This document shows, in pieces, positions 55,357 through 63,991 of a stretch of 64,000 nt of DNA. The first letter of the stretch is position 1; the number at the start of each line of letters is the position of its first letter. A program made the position numbers and the translations under genes. Below the pieces are notes generated by a model. The model made no database searches. It was given only the letters and a program-made list of their open reading frames with translations, and was not told the DNA's origin. Origin of the DNA: a virus (taxonomy: Duplodnaviria > Caudoviricetes); the IMG/VR virus record IMGVR_UViG_3300028392_002123; one strand, 5' to 3'.

Positions 55357-58014
55357 TTAGCTAAACAACAAATCAAAGGCATTTTTTTGATCACTGGCTC
55401 TAATATCCCACTCAAGTACACCAATCAAGTTATCAATTTTATTATTGATAATTGTTTCTTCCATGGCTTGATGATCAAAGCCCATTTCGTCGGTGAACCA
55501 ACTGGGCAGTCTCATTTCATCAATAGGATATGCAATACTGGTAATGCCCATTGGATTATTCTTTAGTTTACAGACAATAACTTTCATGCCGTCTGTTATT
55601 TCCATACTTCGGTTATCACTATATGCCTTGCGTAAACGATTCCAGTTAATGGCCGCCATGGCATGACCAACACCACACTTGCCAGTCTTATTAAAGACTT
55701 CTGTATGTTTGGTCAAGTTATTAACACGCTTGGGTGTGCCTTTTTCCCAACCTGGTCTATCCTTAAATGCTGTGCGGAATTCATTGATAGCATCAATCAC
55801 ATCCTGCTTGTCCTGGCCCAGCAGGACCATCATAAGAATTTTTTCCAAAAACTTTTGCATGAACTCAGGAGTGTCTGCTCGTTTCATATCAAGACCCATG
55901 GCCTTGATCTCTCCAGGTTCCCCGTCTTTGTCTTTGCGTTTGCCTTCTTTATCATAGATAAGAACTGCATAGCGTTTCTTGGTAATGTATAGACCTTTTG
56001 ACGCAACGACTTCACGACCTGCTTTAATAATTTCCCCTAGGTTAGTGGGAACATTAAACGCAGTATTCATAAACTGTGGGAATGTAGCATTAACTTCTTC
56101 GGCCACAGCATCATATAGTTCAATGACTTTTTCTCTAGACCAATCAACTTCATTACGAGTAATCTGTTCTTGATAAATCGGATAAGCACTAAAGTAACAA
56201 CTGTCAGTGTCACCGTAGATAATTGATTTACCTGTATGATCATATTCTCCGGTGAACATGGCATTAACCTGACTGGCCATATGTTTGGCAACCTGCCTGC
56301 CACTGAGTGTGGTACTCTGTCCTAGTCTGTGATCAAAGAATCTACTACCTGCATTTAACAACGCACCATATGCAGAGTTCAAATTAATTTTCTTAACCAG
56401 TTGTCGCTTGTCCCAATATTCTTCTGCTACTTTGTCGCCTGAATTAATTGCTTCTCTTAATTTCTTTTGTAGTTCTTTACGTTCACTGTACCAACGAGTG
56501 AGCAGGCCTGGAATAATACCCTGCTTTTCGTAGGTAAAGATTGTGCCATTGGCACTGAGCATCCAAGGCTTACCTTGTAGATAAATCAAGTCATGGGCTT
56601 CTGCCGCTGACATTTCTGTGGCAGTACCGTTCTCCCAATCAATGACAAGATCATAGGCCTTGTTCTTGGACATAACTTCATTGTACTCATGAATAGCAAA
56701 TTTACCATCCCAATAGTCAGCAAATGCTTTACCTGAATCTAACCACTGTTTAAGTTCTGATTTAGTTTGTTGTTGACGTACTTGTCCAATGATAGTTTCC
56801 GGACTCATATTAAGACTACGAATTAAACTAGGATACAGACTGTTCAAGTCCATGCTTCCAATCCAATCGTGTACGCCTTTTTTCGGATAAGCAACATAAG
56901 CGCCAGCGGCCTGCGTTTCACTGGACTCGCTGTGCTTACGGTCAGGTACAATTAAATTTCTGCTGTGTGCTTCGTTGATAACTGCTTGGTCTGTAACTGC
57001 CACAGCACCCATGGTAGTTGGTAATGTAACAGTATTTGCATGAGCCAATACATTGACAAGATCGATGAACTGTAATTTTTTATCCAGTTTAACCAGCAAC
57101 ATAGTGTCTTGTCTATTATAAGCAATAAACTTTTCAAAGTCATTGTTATATAATTGGTCCAATGTTCCTTCGTATTGGACTTTGTTTTCGCCTAGCTCAT
57201 ATTCTCCAACAAAGTCCAAGCGATAGCTGGGCAATTCATGATATGTGTATTTGCGATATAGTTCAAGATAGTCTAAGTGTATGCGTCCAATGAAATCATA
57301 GGTTTCCGACAATTTACCATACTTTTCATATTCACGTTTTCTGGGTTTTGAATCCCATAGACAAAATCTACGACTATGATCAGCGCCAAGTAACTTAATA
57401 ACACGGTTAACAGTATAAGGTACGTCGTAGCCTTCACTGTTCCAACCACTGATAGTGTCAGCATCATCTAGTAGACTAAGAAAGATGTCCAACATTTCTT
57501 CTTCGGTGTTACACAGTATGGTATTCTCAAACCTATTAACAATAGCTTCCGCTTGTTCCAAGCTCATCAGTGTTGGTTTGATACACAAGGTAACTAGCCG
57601 TTCTAACCAACTTAAATAAACAGTGATAGCAGTGATTGGATTAAAAGGATCACTGGGATCCGCAAAACCCTTTACCTTGTCAAATGCAACTTCGATGTCA
57701 AAGAATGCTTTGTTAAGGTTAGGCGCTTCCGCATTTAAATAGTTTTTCTCTAAACAACGATTCAGCGGTTTGATATCGCTTTCGTATAGTTGTTTATGTC
57801 CGTATACACGTTTTTCTTTTTCAAATGCTTTACGACTTGCTACAGCAACTTTGCTCAGTCTTTTACCGTCAATACTTGTGTATTTGCCTTTGTTATCCTG
57901 ATAATAAAATTCATAGTGCGCTGGAAATTGTTTATACTTTCTCTCACCGTCTATGCGTTCTACTACATTGATAATATCTTTTTCTTTGATGTAAACTGCG
58001 TCAATATAACTCAT
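55357..58014 (-). CDS. polB: Family B DNA polymerase with 3'-5' exonuclease (gp43-like)
   Basis: FFDIE (ExoI), GWNSEGYD (ExoII), YNRQD (ExoIII), DLNSLYPS, KINLNSAYG, YGDTDS, KKRYA. Confidence 0.95.
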   Translation of the reverse strand: MSYIDAVYIKEKDIINVVERIDGERKYKQFPAHYEFYYQDNKGKYTSIDGKRLSKVAVASRKAFEKEKRVYGHKQLYESDIKPLNRCLEKNYLNAEAPNLNKAFFDIEVAFDKVKGFADPSDPFNPITAITVYLSWLERLVTLCIKPTLMSLEQAEAIVNRFENTILCNTEEEMLDIFLSLLDDADTISGWNSEGYDVPYTVNRVIKLLGADHSRRFCLWDSKPRKREYEKYGKLSETYDFIGRIHLDYLELYRKYTYHELPSYRLDFVGEYELGENKVQYEGTLDQLYNNDFEKFIAYNRQDTMLLVKLDKKLQFIDLVNVLAHANTVTLPTTMGAVAVTDQAVINEAHSRNLIVPDRKHSESSETQAAGAYVAYPKKGVHDWIGSMDLNSLYPSLIRSLNMSPETIIGQVRQQQTKSELKQWLDSGKAFADYWDGKFAIHEYNEVMSKNKAYDLVIDWENGTATEMSAAEAHDLIYLQGKPWMLSANGTIFTYEKQGIIPGLLTRWYSERKELQKKLREAINSGDKVAEEYWDKRQLVKKINLNSAYGALLNAGSRFFDHRLGQSTTLSGRQVAKHMASQVNAMFTGEYDHTGKSIIYGDTDSCYFSAYPIYQEQITRNEVDWSREKVIELYDAVAEEVNATFPQFMNTAFNVPTNLGEIIKAGREVVASKGLYITKKRYAVLIYDKEGKRKDKDGEPGEIKAMGLDMKRADTPEFMQKFLEKILMMVLLGQDKQDVIDAINEFRTAFKDRPGWEKGTPKRVNNLTKHTEVFNKTGKCGVGHAMAAINWNRLRKAYSDNRSMEITDGMKVIVCKLKNNPMGITSIAYPIDEMRLPSWFTDEMGFDHQAMEETIINNKIDNLIGVLEWDIRASDQKNAFDLLFS

Positions 58015-58079
58015 AGGATATTATATATGCCTAACATATGGATTACAGTATTGATAATACTGTTGTTTGGAAAAGTCAA

Positions 58080-58337
58080 TCAACGATGTCCTGCAACTTC
58101 AAGAACTTCTTCAACTTCAGTGAAACTGTTTTGTTCTTTCTCAAATTCATTTTTGTAAGCAATTTTAAGAGCTTTCTTGAGAACAGCAGGCTTCATATCA
58201 AGCTCTTCGGCAATGCCTTTGATTGTATCACTGAGACCTTCATTGAGTGCATTGATCTCGCCGAGTACTTGGATTCCTTCGGCAAATAGTTTTTTGATTT
58301 TGGCTTTTTCTTCGCCTGAAAACATGCGCTGTGGCAT
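58080..58337 (-). CDS. Small helical DNA-binding-like protein (T4 DsbA / GapR-like)
   Basis: 85 aa; LSDTIKGIAEELDMKPAVLKKALKI pattern; AAGGAG Shine-Dalgarno. Confidence 0.45.
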   Translation of the reverse strand: MPQRMFSGEEKAKIKKLFAEGIQVLGEINALNEGLSDTIKGIAEELDMKPAVLKKALKIAYKNEFEKEQNSFTEVEEVLEVAGHR

Positions 58338-58363
58338 AGTTAGCTCCTTTAAAGTAAGTACTG

Positions 58364-58392
58364 ATTGTACAGCAATTATCGATAAAGGTCAA
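58364..58392 (-). promoter_or_regulatory. sigma70-type promoter
   Basis: TTGACC-17 nt-TACAAT upstream of 58337. Confidence 0.75.
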
Positions 58393-58394
58393 TG

Positions 58395-58631
58395 TTATTT
58401 GGTAAACAATTCTGCTTCTCGTTGTCGATTGGACAACATAGTGGGATCTTTTCGTCCATTTCGAACAGCCCATCTAAGAAATTCATCTGCGACATTTAAA
58501 TCGTTTTGATTAATTTTTTTAAGTATAGTACTGTTTTGAAAAAGTACTATACCAATGTCATCGGCCAAGCTGGTCAATGCTTGAAGTTGATCAGTTGTCA
58601 ACTCTACTTTAATTAAATTTTTTATCTGCAT
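58395..58631 (-). CDS. Stand-alone C-terminal lobe of a GH24 phage lysozyme, no catalytic lobe
   Basis: IKVELTTDQLQALTSL..IG...STILKKIN..D..VADEFLRW...G.....L..RQREAELF matches the lysozyme C-lobe pattern; in-frame TAG shortly upstream. Confidence 0.6.
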   Translation of the reverse strand: MQIKNLIKVELTTDQLQALTSLADDIGIVLFQNSTILKKINQNDLNVADEFLRWAVRNGRKDPTMLSNRQREAELFTK

Positions 58632-59077
58632 CAAGCTCTATTTAGCTTCAAGGTAGACGTTAACATCCATAGATGTTTGTCATGAGCATCTTGACGATCT
58701 GCCATTAAGTTAGCAAGGCCATGATTGCCCACTGCTTCAGCAAGTTCGTAACATCTGACCAAGCTGTCTAATACAACACTAGAATCATCTACTAACATCT
58801 GTATCATAGCACTGGCTGTTGGTATTTCAACTTGATCTTCTATTTCTGCTAGTTGACCGAATCTAGTAAAACTAGCTGGAGCATAAGCACCTAATGTGCG
58901 AACACGTTCTGCAATCGTATCTACACTACCATATACTTCTTCATAGATAGTGCTAAACAAAGCATGGTATTGTGGAAAGTTTGGACCTTCTACATTCCAG
59001 TGAAAGTTCTGTGCTTTAAGAGAAAATGCATATTCATTTGCTAAAACTATTTTGAGTGCTTGTACTAATTCATCCAT
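58631..59077 (-). CDS. dps: Dps (ferritin-like DNA protection during starvation protein)
   Basis: KAQNFHWNVEGPNFPQYHALF..IYEE...VDTIAERVRTLG, HDKHLWML; start at ATG 59077 with AAGGA Shine-Dalgarno. Confidence 0.9.
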   Translation of the reverse strand: MDELVQALKIVLANEYAFSLKAQNFHWNVEGPNFPQYHALFSTIYEEVYGSVDTIAERVRTLGAYAPASFTRFGQLAEIEDQVEIPTASAMIQMLVDDSSVVLDSLVRCYELAEAVGNHGLANLMADRQDAHDKHLWMLTSTLKLNRA

Positions 59078-59144
59078 ACTAGATTCCTTTGAAATATTTA
59101 CATTATTTAAAGTATTATCTGTGTCATCGGCTTCAACAAAAGTA

Positions 59145-60608
59145 TTATCCATTGCTTAACTCACGCTCAACTTGTTTAACCCAAGCACTGACATCGCTGG
59201 TACCTATTTCTTCTACATCACCTACAAAGTCGGCAACACCGTCAATGGCCTGCATAATTCTTTCAGGTCCGTATTTTAATAGTAAATCATGATGGCCGCT
59301 TAAGATACGACGAGTAATAGCACTGACCACTGGATTAACAGCGTCGTTGCTTTCTGGTACTATTTCTTCTTTCTTCAATGCCTGTCTGCCATATTTCAAT
59401 GATGGTAGAACCGAAGGATGCAATTTCTGTTGAATTATAGAAGCAACAAAAGAATTTTTCTTTTCTTTGTTTTCTTTATTGCCTTCCGCCACACCTTGTT
59501 CACTGTGTCTAATATCAGGATTATCAATTTGTTCTGCCACGCTGTTTAAGTGATCATTGGCCACAGTAATATAACTATACATCCAACCGTCTAGACTAGT
59601 ACCTTGTTCTAAAACTTGTTTGATCTTCATTATATTTTCAAGAATAGCATTTACTTCACCATGTGCCATGCCATCAATTTCTTGATCTTCTGTTACACCT
59701 TGCTGTTTGCGACGAGCAAGTTCGCGAGCAACTGCTTTTAACTGTTGAGCAAACACAGGACTTTGACCTTGTTCGTCTTTGTGACTATTCCATAATCTTT
59801 GTAATTTTTCTGTGGGAACCTTTGACAAGTCCGCATTTTCATAGACACTTTCGTTGTGACTCTTTTTATTTTTATTGTCCAAATAACCACGCTTGTTTAG
59901 TGTAGCCCAAGCAATGTTTTCTGCATCTTTACTGCTGTGGCCTGCTTGTTTTTCGCTTTTTGCAATGTGTCCGGCCATACGGTCTACTTTAGCACCTTCG
60001 CTGACAGGAGCGCCAGTTAATGACACAGTCCATGTTTTACCAGAACTAGCAGATTTTTTCTCTGCCCATTTTTTCATGTTGTTTAAATAATTACGTTCTT
60101 CCGCACTATCGGCATAACCTTTGCCTATGATAACTTTCCAAGGTCTGCCGTTGATACTAATTTGAATATTATTTTGTTCGTGACCTAGTTCGTGCTGTAG
60201 TTCTTGACGTTTGAAATCTTGTTTTTGTTGTGCGCCTAATTTAGGTGCGTTAGGATCTGCAAAACCATGATTGTAATCTGCTTCATCTAATTCTTCACTG
60301 TTACTGCTGGTAATCTTTTTAGCTTTGGGATCAACACCTTTGATCATATTTTCTTCTTCATCAGTGTAAGCATAAGCAAATGGTTTGTCGCTGATTTCAT
60401 CATCACTGCCATTGGTTTGTTGTTCACCATCGTGGCCAGCAACATCTTTACCAAACTTATAAAAACCATAGAACTGGTCTCCACTGAGTTCGTGCATGCC
60501 TTTGATCGCGGCCTTATGATCCTTGTGCATGCCTTCGCTCATTGCATGACCTAATCCAGTTTCATTTAGCCATGCATTGTGCTTGTTGGATAGATCATTG
60601 ATTTTCAT
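59145..60608 (-). CDS. Modular protein with repeated [ILVM]-x-E-[GASDN] motifs; candidate processed capsid-internal polyprotein
   Basis: Start MKINDL (ATGA overlap); MSEG, LDEA, VSEG, VYEN, VTED, VAEG, VPES separate 40-90 aa segments. Confidence 0.5.
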   Translation of the reverse strand: MKINDLSNKHNAWLNETGLGHAMSEGMHKDHKAAIKGMHELSGDQFYGFYKFGKDVAGHDGEQQTNGSDDEISDKPFAYAYTDEEENMIKGVDPKAKKITSSNSEELDEADYNHGFADPNAPKLGAQQKQDFKRQELQHELGHEQNNIQISINGRPWKVIIGKGYADSAEERNYLNNMKKWAEKKSASSGKTWTVSLTGAPVSEGAKVDRMAGHIAKSEKQAGHSSKDAENIAWATLNKRGYLDNKNKKSHNESVYENADLSKVPTEKLQRLWNSHKDEQGQSPVFAQQLKAVARELARRKQQGVTEDQEIDGMAHGEVNAILENIMKIKQVLEQGTSLDGWMYSYITVANDHLNSVAEQIDNPDIRHSEQGVAEGNKENKEKKNSFVASIIQQKLHPSVLPSLKYGRQALKKEEIVPESNDAVNPVVSAITRRILSGHHDLLLKYGPERIMQAIDGVADFVGDVEEIGTSDVSAWVKQVERELSNG

Positions 60609-61690
60609 TTTTTGGCTCCAGTGTTGATACCACCTTGCCATTTCTTTTCACGATCCCATTTAACTCCCATGGCACGTTCTCTACGATTAGTACCTGCCTT
60701 GTCTAAACGATCGTCATCATGGTCTTTTTCGCTGCCGCCGTAGTTATCTGGATTAGCATGATGCTTTAAACCTGTGGCAGTTGGCTCGATGCGACCTTCT
60801 GCAATACCGCGTAGGCTGTCAATCCATTCACGAACTTTCTTGGGACGACCACGACCACGTTTTGGTGCATTGGCATCTGGTAGTGCATGTTTACGTGGAC
60901 GACCACGGCCGCGTTTGGTTGCATTAGCATCTGGTTCTGGACGAGTGCGTGGACGACCACGGCCGCGTTTTTCTGTAGCGTCGCTGGCAGGCGCTACACG
61001 TTTTTTCTTTCCAGGCTTTTCGTTGCCCCATTCATCATAGTTGTCTTCGTCATCATTGACTTTGTCACTTCGATAACCGTATTTCTTACCAACGTTGCGT
61101 TCGCTTTCTGGATCTTTGGCATTTTTCTTCATTGCGCCTTGCATACCTTTAAGCAAGTTCATGTCAAGACCTTCGTGCAAACTATCAAAAATTCCATTTA
61201 ATGCATTCAGGGAAGTTGCTTCTGCAGGACGATCCATGTCCATGCCTATTTGCATACCACCGCCTAGATGTGCATCTAATTGTTGTGTTACCCATTCGTA
61301 GGGATCACCTGTACGTGCCTTGGAAATGCCATATGGCATTTCACCATGCAACATGTAATAGTCAAACAATGCTTCATACAAGTCATCGGCTAATTCATCA
61401 CCCATTTTAAAGTCTTTGACTTCTTTGGGGAAACGACTTAAAATGTGTTCCAGTGTTTCTGTAGTTTCGTTGAGTTGGCCTAGTCCCTGTACAAATGCAT
61501 CATGTGTGCCTTGGTCTAAACTGGATTCATATAAACCGTAAACTTCTTTAACTTCCTTGGATTCTAATACTAATAGTTCTGTTCCTGCAAGAATAGTAGC
61601 GCCGGTGTTATAACGATGTGCTTCTACGATTTTTTTAATGTTGACACGCCCTTGGTGTGCATCATTGTCGAACATTTCAAATAGTTTCAT
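60605..61690 (-). CDS. Triple AT-hook protein; candidate capsid-internal protein
   Basis: Start MKLFEM; three KRGRGRP motifs at 18-aa spacing; IVEA, LYES, LNET, LHEG, IAEG motifs. Confidence 0.55.
   Translation of the reverse strand: MKLFEMFDNDAHQGRVNIKKIVEAHRYNTGATILAGTELLVLESKEVKEVYGLYESSLDQGTHDAFVQGLGQLNETTETLEHILSRFPKEVKDFKMGDELADDLYEALFDYYMLHGEMPYGISKARTGDPYEWVTQQLDAHLGGGMQIGMDMDRPAEATSLNALNGIFDSLHEGLDMNLLKGMQGAMKKNAKDPESERNVGKKYGYRSDKVNDDEDNYDEWGNEKPGKKKRVAPASDATEKRGRGRPRTRPEPDANATKRGRGRPRKHALPDANAPKRGRGRPKKVREWIDSLRGIAEGRIEPTATGLKHHANPDNYGGSEKDHDDDRLDKAGTNRRERAMGVKWDREKKWQGGINTGAKK
60840..60970. repeat. Imperfect 54-nt coding tandem repeat (AT-hook units)
   Basis: cgtggacgaccacggccgcgttt at 60894 and 60948, degenerate third copy near 60840. 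Confidence 0.8.
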
Positions 61691-61701
61691 AATATTAACC
61701 T

Positions 61702-61887
61702 TTATTTGTTTTCAAGAACATTCTTTACCATACGAGGTTTACTAATGTCTGTGGATTCTTTTTTGGCCCTTTTGCGGGGCATATTGCGTTTCATAGGTAC
61801 AGAAAATATGTTTCCAGCTGGCGCGGCAGCAACAGCACCGCTGGCAGTAATACCCATGTCCTCGGCAATAATTTCTTTTATTTTCAT
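61702..61887 (-). CDS. Small protein with T4 capsid-targeting-sequence-like N-terminus
   Basis: MKIKEIIAED versus the T4 internal-protein leader MKTYQEFIAE; basic tail. Confidence 0.55.
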   Translation of the reverse strand: MKIKEIIAEDMGITASGAVAAAPAGNIFSVPMKRNMPRKRAKKESTDISKPRMVKNVLENK

Positions 61888-61892
61888 AGTAT

Positions 61893-61900
61893 TATTTATC
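61893..61900 (-). promoter_or_regulatory. Late-promoter-like motif GATAAATA
   Basis: Intergenic, 5 nt before ATG 61887, no Shine-Dalgarno. Confidence 0.45.
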
Positions 61901-61922
61901 CAATATTAATCAATATTGAAAA

Positions 61923-63236
61923 TTATTCAATGCTGGCCAACTCAGCTAGAACAGGACCTTTTTCAATGTAATTCCTGCGAACTTTGCCGTTGTTTTCTGT
62001 TTTGTGTCTAACAGTGAGGAAAATCTTACCTGAGTTCTTGTCAATGATATCTACTCTTGGATTCTTAGTAGATTCATTGTAGACGCTGTCTAAGTTTATT
62101 TGTTTAAGTTTCTTGGCCAGTTGACTGAATTTAAGAACTTTATAATGACCGCTTTCAAAGCTTACTAGTTCTATGCTGGGGTCATTTAACGTGGCAAAAT
62201 AATCAATGCCATTGATAAATTTACGAACATACATATATTCTTCGTCGTCATAGTCACCACTGAGTAACTGCTTGAGCAACATATCTGCTTGTCTGTAAAT
62301 AAATTCTATGGCAGCATCTGCGCCCTGATCCTGATATATTTCATTGTATTCAGCTTCATAGGAATCTATCAAGATACCAAACTTTGCCCACAGTTCTTTC
62401 ATTTTACTAAATTCACTGCCACCCACTTGTCCCATTTGATCGCTGCCTGCTTTTAAGCTGATGTTTAGTTTACGTTTGTCAACACGACCGGTTTTAGGAT
62501 CTGTTACATAAACTTCAACGTCTGTTTTACGAGTCTTTTCTCCACTGACTCCATCGCTGACCACATTAATAATGTCGGGTTTACCGTTCATAAAGAAATA
62601 CTCGCTGTACTCCTGTGCTCTAGTACTGTTGGCATAGGCCAGCGCACTGGCCAGCAAATCATTTAATAACGGACGTTTTTTTGGATCCATGATGTCTCTA
62701 TATGGAGCCGCTTTTAATCTTAGAGTGAACTGTATTTTATCATTTACCACAGTACGACCTTTGTCTTTTACTTCTATGCTGTAGTTGTCTTCGCCGGTGT
62801 TTTTTAATTGATCTATTACTGCCCATACTTCAGGACCACCAACGTTGCCAATACCACTGCTGACTCTAGCACTTAATTTGGCAAACATTGCCGCACCTAG
62901 AATACCTTCTGCAATTTCACCTCTGTTGGCCACTTTATCTGCGGTAAGTCCAGTGCCGCCAAATTCTGCTGTTTTAGCAAAGCTTGACAGTGGTTTAAGT
63001 CCCTTGTTAGTCTGCACACTGATGGCACCGCGTAGTGTACCTTCATCGGCTAGCTGTTGTAGTCTCTCTGCTTCTTCGGGTTTGATCTTTACTTTACTGC
63101 CATCAACTAATTCAAACGTGCCGTTGTCTGTGATTTTAGCGATAAGAATGCCTAACTTTTCATAGTTACGTTTGGCCAACTCCGCTGGCGACAAATTAGA
63201 AGCTTCTAACAGTGATTTTATTTCAAGTAATCTCAT
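61923..63236 (-). CDS. Putative PD-(D/E)xK restriction-endonuclease-like protein
   Basis: GEIAEG helix, KTDVEV, NISLK arrangement; N-terminus MRLLEIKSLLEA. Confidence 0.4.
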   Translation of the reverse strand: MRLLEIKSLLEASNLSPAELAKRNYEKLGILIAKITDNGTFELVDGSKVKIKPEEAERLQQLADEGTLRGAISVQTNKGLKPLSSFAKTAEFGGTGLTADKVANRGEIAEGILGAAMFAKLSARVSSGIGNVGGPEVWAVIDQLKNTGEDNYSIEVKDKGRTVVNDKIQFTLRLKAAPYRDIMDPKKRPLLNDLLASALAYANSTRAQEYSEYFFMNGKPDIINVVSDGVSGEKTRKTDVEVYVTDPKTGRVDKRKLNISLKAGSDQMGQVGGSEFSKMKELWAKFGILIDSYEAEYNEIYQDQGADAAIEFIYRQADMLLKQLLSGDYDDEEYMYVRKFINGIDYFATLNDPSIELVSFESGHYKVLKFSQLAKKLKQINLDSVYNESTKNPRVDIIDKNSGKIFLTVRHKTENNGKVRRNYIEKGPVLAELASIE

Positions 63237-63991
63237 AAATCGTAATAATATTCCCTAGGACGATGATCAACCATAACTAAGTTTTTATATTTATCGATAC
63301 TTCTGTCCATTAGGTCAATGTATTTATTAACATTTAAGTTAGTATCAAGTGTCAAAATCCATAGTATTTTTTTATATTTTGGATCGTACTCACTGCCATG
63401 ATAAGTTCTAACGTTATTCCAAGCAAATGAATTTGTATCATTTAAATCAGGAAAATGCATGGTTTTCCAGGGTGCTTCATCTTCTCGTATCCACAATGTT
63501 TCTCTGGGATTTTCGTCATAGAGTTTAATACGCATGGCCATTGGACAATCTACTAAACTGTCATCATCCCTGTGGTTTAAAATTTTATCAGTGCTGGACC
63601 ACATACGCCATAGGCCTGGTGTTGTCAAAGGAAAATATTCCATTAGTTGATCTTTTAATTCAGGGAATGTACCAAACACATCAACAACATGATTAGTCCA
63701 TACTTCGTCAACTTCTTGTGCGTTAATCGTTTTAAAATGACTGTTATAAACTCCATCTGGATTGGCTATGTTTGCTCTCTTTTTTGTCGCTACAGCACTA
63801 TTATTAAAATACCAATCAACAAACTTTTCATGATCGTCGGCCTTGATGCAAGGAATATCAAAGGGAACATAAAAATACTTTCCGTATGATTTTTCTAATC
63901 CTTCTGCGACCAATGAACCAATAGTTTTTCTAATAGGATCAGCCGATCTTCCCGCTATTACTCTTTCGCGCTGACCTTCATACATAGGCAT
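63233..63991 (-). CDS. Putative Fe(II)/2OG oxygenase-like (cupin) protein
   Basis: NHRD (HxD), MRIKL, distal WNNVRTYHGS. Confidence 0.45.
   Translation of the reverse strand: MPMYEGQRERVIAGRSADPIRKTIGSLVAEGLEKSYGKYFYVPFDIPCIKADDHEKFVDWYFNNSAVATKKRANIANPDGVYNSHFKTINAQEVDEVWTNHVVDVFGTFPELKDQLMEYFPLTTPGLWRMWSSTDKILNHRDDDSLVDCPMAMRIKLYDENPRETLWIREDEAPWKTMHFPDLNDTNSFAWNNVRTYHGSEYDPKYKKILWILTLDTNLNVNKYIDLMDRSIDKYKNLVMVDHRPREYYYDL

Noticed and set aside
58051-58079. Possible sigma70 promoter for the polymerase (TTGACT-17-TATCAA)
   Set aside because: The -10 box lacks the conserved final T; transcription from the 58364 promoter can account for expression.
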